From the NCBI RefSeq assembly GCF_001194135.2, contig NC_068981.1, forward strand, positions 61,103,054 to 61,153,757: a stretch of 50,704 nucleotides of DNA. Direction: 5' to 3'. A program made the translations under genes and the position numbers. The DNA is from Octopus bimaculoides. Lineage: Eukaryota. Position 1 is the first letter of the stretch. Every line of letters begins with the position of its first letter. The notes below the pieces were generated by a model. That model saw nothing but the letters and a program-made list of their open reading frames with translations. It did no database searches and was not told where the DNA came from. This document shows, one piece after another, positions 37,066-48,539 of the stretch.

Positions 37066-37400
37066 TTATAATAACCGAAGAAGATTACAAAGATTAAAAG
37101 TACTCTTGGTGTTCTATGTAATATCAACAGAATGATGCATATGAAAAAAAGAATAGTGAAGTGTTGGAACACTAAGCTGCAACTCTACAGTCGCATGGTC
37201 ACGTAAGCACAACCATTAACAGACACACATGTATTTATGTACGATGATATTGATTATAATAACCGAAGAAGAATACAAATATTAAAAGTAATCTTGGTGT
37301 TCTATGCAATATCAACAGAATAATGCATAAGAAAAATAGAATAGTGAAGTCTCGAACACTAAGCTGCCACTCTACAGCCACATGGTCACATGGCCAACAA
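37066..37400. repeat. Tandem duplication, period 188 bp
   Basis: Units start TTATAATAACCGAAGAAGA at 37066 and 37254 and align over about 140 bp with scattered substitutions. Confidence 0.92.
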
Positions 37401-38590
37401 CTTCGGGGAATGAGATGAGTCAATTACATTGACTCCAGTGTACGAATGCTACTTATTTTATCGACCCACAAATGATATAAGGCCACGTAATTCTTTAATA
37501 ATGCTAAGAAAGAGGAATGGGAAAACTGGTCTTAAAGGGAGTTTAATGCAATTATGTTGTTGGTATGAAAGACATAGCTTTAGCTTTATTTCATAATACT
37601 TGTAAATGCGACTGAAGAAAACTAAGAGGCAACTGTAGGAAAGCTTTTATTTTAACAAGAGACATGCCTAACTCATTATATCACATATCACGCAGATACT
37701 AAAGTTTATTACAAGCGTTTTTTTGTAATTATATCTTGGAAATGAGTGTGGATCGATTTGTATTTCTTCAAATAATTATCAGTCACATAATAAAATATAT
37801 TAAATCTGGCATTAGTTTTCTCAAATTTCCATCAGATAACTATACATTCATCAAATTCCTCATATTCGGTGTTGTATCACAATCTGCTTTATTTCTAACC
37901 AATTATGATTTTAATTATTTCTAGTAAAACACAAATAATTTATTGACTTATCTAACAATGAAATATTCTTAAAGTTTAACGATACTTTATTTACATAATT
38001 AATCGATTTATAATAAAATAACAGTTATTTTGTACATATATTTCTAAATATTTTGATTTCAAGTTGATATTAATGTAGTAAGTATGCTTAAAAGTTAATG
38101 CGGCATAGCCACTTCTAGCAATTCCTTCTTTAAATCGATTTTTACTGTCTTAAATTATGTTTAATGAATCTTCTCTGTATAAAATATGCTGGTGATAAAT
38201 TTCTCTGCCTTGCCATTACAATCATATTTACACACTAGCGTTTTCTTCAAACATAATGTAATGGCAATAAACTATTTAACGTATTCTAATTGAATTTATT
38301 AGTTACCGTATGAATAATGTAACTTGATATAAGAATAATAACAAGTTAGTTAACAATTTCCTTTCTATATACGTAACATAAATATATTGATTTGCTATAT
38401 ACTCGCTAAGGAAATTAGATAGAGTTGTTAATGATGTTGAATAAAAGAGAGAAAACATCTTCGTATGTATTCTTTTTTGAGATTGTTTCTGTTAGTTCAA
38501 CTGTCATTTGTTTCAGCTGCCTCAGCACTTCGATTCGTCCAAATTAATTATTTTCTTCCAATATTCCAACTCTATGAATTGTACCCTTAC

Positions 38591-38635
38591 TTGACTGAAT
38601 CGATCCACGAAACAATAAATGTTTAACTGACTTCA
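38591..38635 (-). other. Candidate 45-nt exon, unassigned (KSVKHLLFRGSIQS)
   Basis: Acceptor TTTCCATTTCTAG, donor CAA|GTAAGG, one open frame (phase 1-1). Confidence 0.15.
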
Positions 38636-39413
38636 CTAGAAATGGAAATGATGCTTAAGAAACTTTATACTCTAAGGCATTTATGTACGTGGGCTATCAT
38701 ATTTGTGACTACACCGATGTAAAATAACCAAACAATATCCAATCAAATTTTGCGATAAATTAATGTGGAAAAGAATACGTGGCTTGAAGTTTATCGGTTT
38801 TTTTTTTTTACCACGTTGAAACCTCATTTCATATTTGTTTCTGCTAAACAAAGCTATAAAATTCCTAGTGACTGTGAATGCTTCATTTTCTCTTTAGAAT
38901 ATCATATCATGCTCCTCGGAAACGAATAATTATCTCGTATTTCATTACTAGAAGTTCAAATTAATATACATTGCACAACACAACGTTCTTGATGTTCGTA
39001 TTAATTGCTATGGGAACGAATTCATCTAGACTTTGAATTTTAAGAATTATTGAATAAATATTTCGAAAACATACCATTCTATAATGTAGCAATGAATTTA
39101 AATGTTGTCATCTGTTTTTCCAATACCTTTTCGCAAGAGTAATGTATAGATATAAAGTAGTCATTTTTCATTTTTTGCATTGCTATGTATATGTAATACA
39201 TGTAACTATATATCTGTGTTTGTACACATATGAGTACAACATTAGTTAAAATTAAAACTATATTTAAAATGTTATATACTTCAGGCTGCATGATAATAAT
39301 GCATTATCAATTATTGCTTTGATGCTTTAAATTAATTATGCACAATTCGTCATCAGTCTAAGACCACCTACTCCAAAAAAGAGCCTTCGTTTTCGTATTT
39401 AATTGTAATATTT

Positions 39414-39415
<2 letters not shown>

Positions 39416-39462
<47 letters not shown>

Positions 39463-39480
39463 CATATATATATATATATG
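39416..39480. repeat. (TA)n microsatellite
   Basis: Directly visible. Confidence 0.95.
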
Positions 39481-39777
39481 TATATGATGCCATAGCGCAA
39501 TGGATTTTGTTTATTGAAATGTCAGGGAATATGTATTTCAAGCAATTTTTCGTGCTATAAAAGGTGAATTTGGAAAACAAGACATTACCTGATAAAGTAA
39601 ATTTCTCAAATTATGTAGTAGTTATGGCGAGAAGTTGATTCTAATACCATTTTACAAAGCCACGGTATCATGAAAACATAATACTGAATATTAGTTATAT
39701 TTAGCCACTGAATTACAATTAAATACATACGCATATGCATACATACACAAACATATGTGTGCGTGTGACAACACTAA

Positions 39778-39830
39778 CGGTGCCCCAGCATGGCTGCAGC
39801 CTTTGGGCTAAATTTAAGAGAAGCATAAAA
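39778..39830 (+). mobile_element. SINE tail fragment
   Basis: CGGTGCCCCAGCATGGCTGCAGCC matches the tail at about 21690. Confidence 0.55.
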
Positions 39831-40859
39831 GAAAACGTCTTTCTGAGAATTTGACTAAATTTCGCGCATCAGTTTTGCTAATATCTTCGATTGTTTAGTT
39901 AACTTAGTTGTACAACTTATTTCAATATTTTTGAAAAATAAAAATTCTGAAAAATGTGTAATATTTAATGCATATTAAATAGGCTTCTCGCTTCATCTAT
40001 ATAAAAATTTAGAAAGCCGCTTATTAATTATGTACGTAACAGTTACTAAAAGAAAGAAATCATTAAAGGTATGACCGTCTTTAAATTATTTTTATGAGTT
40101 TATGTTCCAAGAAATTTCTTGTAATTTTAATTTAAGAAGTGTATTTAAATATTCACTGCATTCACTGCAGGGTAGATTTTAATGTCTAATAAGCAATATT
40201 AATCCTTTGGAGGCGAAATTTTCCGTTTTCATTGCAACAGTCTCTCACTCTCTCTCACCTCTACTTTCATTAATGATAATTTAATATATATTCATTTCAA
40301 TGTTTTCATTTGAATTTTAATTCGCTATTTTGAAAACCCCCAGTTTATTCCATATACGTAATGTAATAAAAAAAATATTTGTTGAATGACTGAGTGCCAT
40401 TAGACAAGATAACTGTATAACTTTGAAGCTCATGATACGAGGCACAATTTCAACAATAATATCTATTTCGGAGTTTCATAAATGTATGTTTTTGATAAAA
40501 TAAATTTTCTTTTCACTATACCGGTATAATTAAAGTGCTGCTTCTAGCACGCTAAGCATTGTTGGGTTACCCTGAAGCTTGTTTAATTAAAGATATATTA
40601 CAACTACGATAAATTATGGCAAAAATATTTACTAAACAAGTGAAGTTTTTCATAAATTGAAGATTTCAGGAAAAATTTTCTTTTTGCACTTCCTGTAATT
40701 AATGAATATTTCAAATTCTCAAATTAAAATATTCGGTGCAAGTTAGATTTTAACGAGCTATTATTGACATTGTTTCGGTATACCCCATCTATTTTGTATG
40801 TATGTATGCGCATGTGAAAGAGAAAGATAGAAAGAGAGATAAAGAGAGGGAGAGAGTGA

Positions 40860-41035
40860 CACTTAGACATCGCTCTCTCTCTTCCTCTTCTATCTCTCTC
40901 TCTTCCTCTTTCTATCTCTGTCTTCCTCTTTCTCTCTCTCTCTTCCTCTTTCTCTCCCTCTTCCTCTTTCTCTCTCTCTCTCTCTCTCTCTTCCTCTTTC
41001 TCTTCCTCTTCCTCTTTCTCTCTCTCTCTCTCTTT
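40860..41035. repeat. CT-rich compound repeat (CTCTTC/CTCT)
   Basis: Directly visible, the source of the RE-rich and LS-rich ORFs. Confidence 0.95.
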
Positions 41036-41489
41036 TTCTCAAACACACATACAAAGAAAAAAGATGTTTGCAGATGTATTGATGCATGTACCGATACACG
41101 ACTACACACACTTTAACTCACTCTCTCTCTCTTTCCAACATACGAACACACACACATACACATGTTTCTGTCATCTTTCATTTTCTCCTCTCCTTCACTT
41201 TAAAACAAAAGTAAATAAATTTAAAACATTACGGAAATTAACGAATAGTAATGAGAGGCCTGCAAGTCAAAACGAAACATCGCCCTTTCATTTATACGAT
41301 TTTTTGTCATTTCATGTTTATTTCATTCATTGTTTACAAACGTTGTCTCTCCACACCTCTCTCTCTCTCTCTCTTTCTCACACACACACACATACACAAG
41401 TTTTCTCTAATATAAGCACACAGACAGTCTCTGTAATTCCAGGTTTGATTTCATTATTACACAAATAACATATTAGAACTTTGCAATTC

Positions 41490-42266
41490 CACATGGGGCG
41501 TCGAAAGAAATATGCGACGCAAAAACATCATTTAGCATCAGAGGCACGACGGTAGAGAGAATGACGGGCAACTGAATCAGATAAAACCAGGATAAAGTGA
41601 CTGATACACATGTCTGAATATGCACGTACACGTGTATATGATACTGCTTCCGTTACACATGATCAACTGGTGAGGATATCTGGAGAGGAGAATATTCTAC
41701 TACAAAATAAGGCACTGAGTCAGCTTCCACCCACTTTTCAGCTGCATATTGATAATCAATATAAAATGGGAAGTCTTCCAAACTCCAGCGAGATACAAAC
41801 AGAAAGACCAATGCAAGCAAACAGGGTGCTGAAAGACGAAATCGAATTTTTTTCGTCTGTACTCCAGTTATAAATATAACTGGTACTCCAGTTATAAATA
41901 TAACTGGAGTACAGACGAAAAAAATTTCAAACTAGGAAGAATTCTGTAAAAGGATTAGAAATAAAAACCAGTTTCGATAATTTTCAAGAACCGGCGGTCG
42001 TGCCTCATAATTCAGGGAGTCTCTTTGACAATGTTTGTTCAAACTGCAAAGCTTACAGATGTGTTACTGAATTGAAATTTCTATGTTGCTCTGAGGGGAA
42101 GGTAAAACTTGACAAATTGCCAACCCTTCGTAGTTGGACTACCTTGTTGTTTGTTTAAAAAAGAGAGATGATAATTAAACTTAAATATAATTAGAATTGG
42201 GAATCCAATGTGAAATATTATCAAGCGGCTACCAGAAAACCCTCCGGAGGGTGGTATTTCTACTAG
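41490..42266 (+). mobile_element. Internally deleted Helitron: Rep N-terminal remnant plus canonical 3' end
   Basis: MGRRKKYATQKHHLASEARR.. and NVCSNCKAYRCVTELKFLCCSEGKVKLDKLP (CxxCxA...CCxxGKVxLP zinc motif). The palindrome ACCCTCCGGAGGGT (42239-42252) lies 10 nt before CTAG|T (42263-42266). The 5' end was not located. Confidence 0.75.
41845..41926. repeat. Perfect palindrome (28-bp arms) with a tandemly duplicated 24-bp apex
   Basis: AATTTTTTTCGTCTGTACTCCAGTTATA / TATAACTGGAGTACAGACGAAAAAAATT. The unit TACTCCAGTTATAAATATAACTGG occurs twice. Confidence 0.95.
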
Positions 42267-43805
42267 TTTACATATTATTCGTACCCTCAAGGAAATAATG
42301 GAATCCACCCTATCTAATATGGAATACATTCCAGAATATATACTTCAGCATTCTAACAATTAGAAAAGGAAACCATATGAAACAATACGAGTGTATAAAA
42401 AATAATTAATATTAAAATATATCCCTATTTAATTATACATATTTCAATATCAGTTCTGCAATTGGAAATATATCTACTTTTCACTTAATGTACAATTTTT
42501 GTTTCTAGCTTTATGTATGAAATTAGAAGCTTAACTTCCGTATAGTCTTTGAGGAAGAGTAAAATAGCATAGAGCCGTGAAAAGTACTATACATTACTGT
42601 ATATTATATAAATTATATTAATTACTATAAGGAATTAGGAGAGTATAATTATCAAAGAGAGATTATGAGTGTGATTATGATGGGAAAATATGTAAAAGAA
42701 GCGATACGTAAAACGTTTAAAGGTGATAGACGTCTGAATTCATATATCACTTCTAGCTTTAAGCATTTCCCAGTACATATCTAAATTTATCAATAAGGGT
42801 TTTCTCTGGTATGAATTCCAGGGATACTTTATTTAAATTTTATCTGAAGTTTCGGCAATTGCGTTCCTGACTCCTGGATTTACTAGAAACAATAATTGAA
42901 AACTCAAAATCTTAAAAACCTCCTTGGATTAGACAAGCAGTGTTTTACGATCATTGGTGGAGATATTTTTTTCAAAAACTATTTGAAAGTAAATGGTCAT
43001 ATCTCTTTTGAAAAGAATCAATAATCAGAAAATGATTATATTTCTTTACAGAACACTTTGATATTATAAACCTCATATTTTCTAAATTTTGGCTGCAGAA
43101 ATGATGTTTCACTATTGCATTAGTTGAAAGTCCTATTATTATTATAAATGTTATTGTAGTTACAGTTGAAAATGTCACCCAAATATACAAATTAAATCCA
43201 ATGTTAATGGTTTGAAAAAAATTACAACCAATTTGAAAAAGTCCAGGAATATTTCCTGCTTCTTAAGACAATAGTATTACCTCGGCTGTTGTGTATGATA
43301 AATATTGATCCACTTTCTTGCAAAATAGATACAGATGTATGAAATTAAATAGGTATTAAAAAAAATATAGCATAGTTTTCTTATTTGGCTTTAATTTCTG
43401 TGGCGTATTTTTATATACCAGAAATAATTCATATCAAGTTGAATGCAATATATATACCACTTTATCTGCATGTCATTTAGCACGAAAGTGTTTTCAGTAA
43501 TTTTACATTTGTGTAGATTGTTCATAAATGATTTCCTTAAAAATACACAAGTGCATATGATATACCAAATATTTCTTTAATTATTTTTTCTTAATCTCAT
43601 AAATCAAAACAAAAAGTTGTGGGAATAAATGCACATTATTATTTAAGAATTAGGCTTGATGATAACAAAATGTGTTTAAAGATTTATATTAGCATGACAA
43701 ACTAATTTCTCTTATTTATATATGTGGAGTTTCCGGAATACGATTTTGATGAAATGGAAGCTGGCTAAGTGAGATATGCTTTTGCTTGTAATCTATGAAT
43801 GTGGT

Positions 43806-43957
43806 AAGATGGTGAGCTGGCATAATCGTTATCACGCCAGACAAAATGTTTAGCAGCATGTTCGTCTTCACGTTCTCAATTCAAATTCCACCGGCTTTGC
43901 CTTTCATCCTTTCAGGGTTAATAAAATAAGTACCGCTTGAGAACTGATGTCGATGTA
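43806..43957 (+). mobile_element. SINE family B, diverged copy
   Basis: GAGCTGGCATAATCGTTA...TTCAAATTCCACC..TTTGCCTTTCATCCTTTCAGGGTTAATAAAATAAGTACC. Confidence 0.85.
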
Positions 43958-44236
43958 TATGCGAAATTTGAAATAAACATATAGCTATAGAAATCGCAGT
44001 ATATTCTTGATATTATCCCGTCAATTTTTTTAAACATTATATGTATATGACAAAATAGAATTATGAATATGTCACCCTTAACTCGATGAGGTTTTGTGTT
44101 AAATTTGTGTTAAAATTTTCACAATAAACGAATTCATTGCAATTAACAGCAATCTCCTTCTATAATTTCACAAAGATGTGTATATGCATTAGCTGATTGT
44201 GCGTTGCATTAATCAGATTAGAGTTCTTTTCTTTTC

Positions 44237-44282
44237 AAAGTTTCAGCTCAGAGCTGCGGCCATGCTGATGCACCACCGTCAA
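44237..44282 (-). mobile_element. SINE tail fragment
   Basis: Reverse complement GACGGTGGTGCATCAGCATGGCCGCAGCTCTGAGCTGAAAC matches the SINE tail. Confidence 0.55.
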
Positions 44283-44339
44283 CTTTTCTACAAGATAACG
44301 AGTGAATTGATATGCAATTTTGATATTAGCACCGTTAAT

Positions 44340-44549
44340 AAGGCGGCGACCTGTCAGAAACGTTAGCACACCGGGAAAAATGCTTAGCAGTATTTCGTCT
44401 GTCTTTACGTTCTGAGTTCCAATTCTGCCGAGGTCGACTTCTTTGTCTTTCATCCTTTTAGGGCCGATAAATTAAGTACCAGTTGCGTACTGGGTCGATC
44501 TAATCGACTGACCTCTTCCCAAAAATTTCGGTCCTTGTGCCTCGAGTTG
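44340..44549 (+). mobile_element. SINE family B, well-preserved copy
   Basis: AAGGCGGCGACCTGTCAGAAACGTTAGCAC...GAGGTCGAC...GATAAATTAAGTACCAG...CCTTGTGCCT. Confidence 0.92.
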
Positions 44550-44598
44550 CAAGATAACGAGTGAATTGATATGCAATTTTGATATTAGTACTATTAAT

Positions 44599-44784
44599 AA
44601 GGCGGCAAGCTGGCAGAATCGTTAATACACCCCGCACTATTATTAAGCGTTATTTTGTCCGGCTTTACGTCTGAGTTCAAATTCCGCTGAGATTGACTTT
44701 GCCTGAAAGCTTTTCGTGATCGATAAAAAAATAACAATGAAGCACTGAGATCAATGTAATCAACTTAACCCCGCCCCAAAATTG
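44599..44784 (+). mobile_element. SINE family B, older copy
   Basis: AAGGCGGCAAGCTGGCAGAATCGTTA...GAGTTCAAATTCCGC...GATCGATAAAA, more diverged than 44340-44549. Confidence 0.8.
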
Positions 44785-45610
44785 TTTGCTGCAAGCTAAT
44801 ATATGAAAATGGTATTAAAGCAGAATAATTCATTTTGAAATACTAAATATCTCCCATTAATACTGAAACACTAAATTGTATACTGAAGTACTAATTCGTA
44901 TAGCTGAAAGCTAAGAAACTTATTTCGAATCGTTGGCATCCAGTTTTAGCAATTTTTGTTTTACATGAAAATCCTTTTGAAAAAAAAGACAAACAATCCT
45001 TTTCACGGAGAAGTAAATTTGTTCACTTTTCAAAATTCAATTGTAGTATGAGCTTGAAGTTTTAATATTTGCTAAGATTCATATACAAAAAGTACATAAT
45101 GTGGTGGTGACAGTTGTTGAATATAGAGGTAAATATGAATAGTATGATAATAATATTCGCTGAGATATAAGTGATTGAGATGTTGGTACATGATAAAAGC
45201 TGAAGCATAAATACATATATGGAACATAATAAAACAGCTAATCGAATAATGTTCAAAAATAATATTAAGCTTTTATTTTTATTTTACTTATACAAAACGC
45301 TCGGGATTAACTAATCAATAATGATTGAGTGCTGTTGTATTATGTTATCTACTGTCGTGTTCAAACAAGTCCTGAGGGTAATATAACTATATTTCATAAT
45401 TCCTCTTGTATTTGAAAACGGAATAAATATATTTCAAGATAATGAGTCAATTGGGAATTTTCTTTTATTTAGAATGTATTAAAATGTTAAAATGTAATTA
45501 CACCTAAAAAGCGGTTGCTACATCTTAATGTTTTTAATAAGGAAAACTGCAGAAACATATCTCAAATTATTTAACCCGGAAAAATTGTGGTAATATTTAA
45601 GAATAGGATT

Positions 45611-45793
45611 AAGACGGCGAGTTGACAGTTAGCAAGCTGGGTGAAATGCTTAGCGACGTTTTGTCCATTTTCGAGTTCTGAATTCAGATTCCGCCGAGGT
45701 CGACTTTTAACCTTTTAAGTACTAATTGATCACCGGAGTATATATAATTGACTTATTCATCCCCTCCTGACTAAAATTCCTGGCCTTGTACCA
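45611..45793 (+). mobile_element. SINE family B, diverged copy
   Basis: AAGACGGCGAGTTGACAG..GAAATGCTTAGCG...TTCAGATTCCGCCGAGGTCGAC...GGCCTTGTACC. Confidence 0.8.
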
Positions 45794-45796
45794 GAC

Positions 45797-46500
45797 GTAC
45801 GGATGGCAAATTAATTTATTGTGCAAATTGGCACAGAAACTCGAGTCTGAGGGTAACTACAAAAATATTTTATATTTTCATTCCCTTTGAAATGGCACTT
45901 ATTCATGCTTTGGGCTTTAACTGCCATTTCTATCATGTAAGGTGTCCTGTTACAGGTCACCCATTTGGTATATAAATACGTAAACTGCTGTACACTATTA
46001 TATATGAAAATATGATTTTATTACGCATGCTCGCCACCGGTATAAAAAATTTTCTAAATTTTCGTAGTTTCAAAGCTTTCTTGGTACACAGTTTCAATAT
46101 TCTAATATTATTTGCTGCCGAATGTAACGGCGGATTTGAAAATTATAATGTATAAGAATGTAGCTCGTATATTTTCAATGCTATTTGCAACATAAAGATG
46201 CATTAATCTTAGCGTCCTCACTGAAGCAGTACGGATGGAAAATTAATTAATTTGGGACACTGATAGAGAAACTCGAGTTTGAGGGAAACTACAAAATTAT
46301 TTTTCATTTTCATTCCATTTGAAATTGCACTTATTCGTGGTTTGGGCTTTAACTGCCATTCCTAGCATGTAAGGTGTCCTGTTAAAGGTCAACGCTTTCG
46401 TGTATAAAAAGGTAAATTGTTTGTACACTATTACATATGAAAATATATTCTCTATTGACTTTATTACGCAGGCTAGCCACCGGTATCACACTTTTTCTAA
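45797..46500. repeat. Direct repeat pair of about 265 bp, spacing 432 bp
   Basis: Copies start GTACGGATGG at 45797 and 46229. They share GAAACTCGAGT, TTTGGGCTTTAACTGCCATT, CATGTAAGGTGTCCTGTTA and GCCACCGGTAT. Confidence 0.92.
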
Positions 46501-46529
46501 TTCACCACCTTATTCTTTTCACAGTAATG

Positions 46530-46561
<32 letters not shown>

Positions 46562-46641
46562 TATATACATATATATACATATATCTATATATCTATATAT
46601 ATACATACATATATATATACATATACATATATATATATATA

Positions 46642-46651
46642 NNNNNNNNNN
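46642..46651. other. Assembly gap (10 N) after TA/CATA repeat
   Basis: N run. Confidence 1.
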
Positions 46652-48227
46652 TAGATTTAGATTCAAGATTGAATATGGTACTTATGTTTAGGCACCAGAA
46701 TATAGTATGGTATGGTATTATACAAAAACCATTCCAAAAAACTAGGTGATCAAAAAATCAAAATAAGCAACACGGATTTCAAAGATGATTGCAGTACGCA
46801 CGTTTCATGCTACTCCATTTATTTAAGTAATGCGAGCATTACATTAAATAATATGTACAACGCTATGAATAGATAAGCACTGATGTCGATAGTTTCAATT
46901 AAAATTCTCCAACGTGGTACTCAAGCATCACCGCCGTTTAATGACTAAGACAAGTAAATAATAAAAGCTAAAAGTTAAATAATAGAATATAACTTAATGA
47001 AATTGATGAAATATGGAACAGTGATATGAGAAAAATTATTAAAATTCAGAAACTATCAATTATAAATTGTCAAATTAAATTAAGAGCGATATTTGAATAT
47101 AACTGATAGGGATTTTCTGAAAGTATGCAAGCAACACCTGTAATAGCTGATCATAAATATTGAACACGTAATGAAAGAATGCGATTAGAAACATTCAATA
47201 TGAAAAAACATCCATAGTAAATAGCAAATTCAGGAGAATTTGTCTAAAATCCCGCAACTGTCTGCACCACAGATTTGAAAATGAGATCATCAATATCATA
47301 AGAGAAGTAAGATTGAAAAGTTGTCAAAATATTTTTCCAATTAAAATTATACAGGCGTCGAGAGCTGGTGAAATGTTATAACTTCAAAAGAGGTGGTGAA
47401 ATTTTATAACTTCAGAAAAGACAATAATCTTACATGGGATATTCGAAAACATTCAAATAAACACAATAAGGCTTGCGAATGAGTAGATCCTGAACAGAGA
47501 AACGAAACATCCAGCGATAAAAGTATGAGTAAATGACAGACGAGAATACATACCAAAACAAGAAATCCATATGCTACTGAAACATCACAGAGGCAATGTT
47601 ATGAGAAACCATCAAAGCAGCGTAATAAACTCAATGGCTGGAGAATTTGAGATAGATGAAACAGAACCTGCCAAAAAAAAAAAAATCATCACCAATATGC
47701 AACAATCTGCCGGATATATAAACAACACAGATGTCTTCGAATATTCCGCAGCCCCTCAATAATCCAAAAAATTGTGAAACGTTTTACAGGTCCACACTAT
47801 TTGATACCTTTGATATCTGCCCAATTCCCAATAGAAACTACCACTCGCTAAAACCACTTGACTTCTTCCACGAACTTCACCATAATCAGAACCATGAAGT
47901 AGACACCATTATTTGAGGAAGAAAATCACTCGCATTCAATGAAATCGTGCCCCGAACAAGTTGAAATATGGTGAGTCATTGCTTGAAAAAAAATTAGATG
48001 CCATGAAGGAGAAAAATGTGAAATTTGGGGAACATACATCCTGGAATGTATAGGCAAAATGGCAGTCGAGCATAGGCTTACGCAGTGATGACAGCTTAAC
48101 CATATCTAACACATGAACGGATATGTTCAGAACAGTATTAGGAAAGGCCTTTATAAAGACTTTATAAAGGCTTTATAAAACCTTGTTTCAGCGTCTAGAC
48201 ATCCAGGTCACGTGATTTCGACCATAC

Positions 48228-48339
48228 TTTTTGAGATATAATCGCGACAACAGCACATGTTCTCGCACTGTTTTTCGATATGCTGCTGGCGTCATCGCTG
48301 CTATCTCTAGCGGTTGAGCGTCCTTCATTGAGCAAACCA
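48228..48339 (-). other. Candidate 112-nt exon in a CpG-rich island, unassigned
   Basis: Acceptor TGTCCTGCTAG and a weak donor AA|GTATGG. Two frames are open (MKDAQPLEIAAMTPAAYRKTVREHVLLSRLYLK; GLLNEGRSTARDSSDDASSISK). Confidence 0.2.
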
Positions 48340-48539
48340 CTAGCAGGACATACGATTCCACAAAATATATGCACATAATATATAAAACTCTATGCGTACA
48401 CGTTTGTCCATGCACACTCTAATGCAAAGGCAACCACAAACAATAATATGACTCTAGATGTCTTACTCATTACAGACTCTCAAATATTTTTTCGCAAAAT
48501 TAAATCAAATTTCACGTTATACATGAAACACTCACCAGC

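Noticed and set aside
47480-48140. Possible R2/R4 C-terminal and mariner fragments
   Set aside because: Only faint motif resemblance across many frameshifts.
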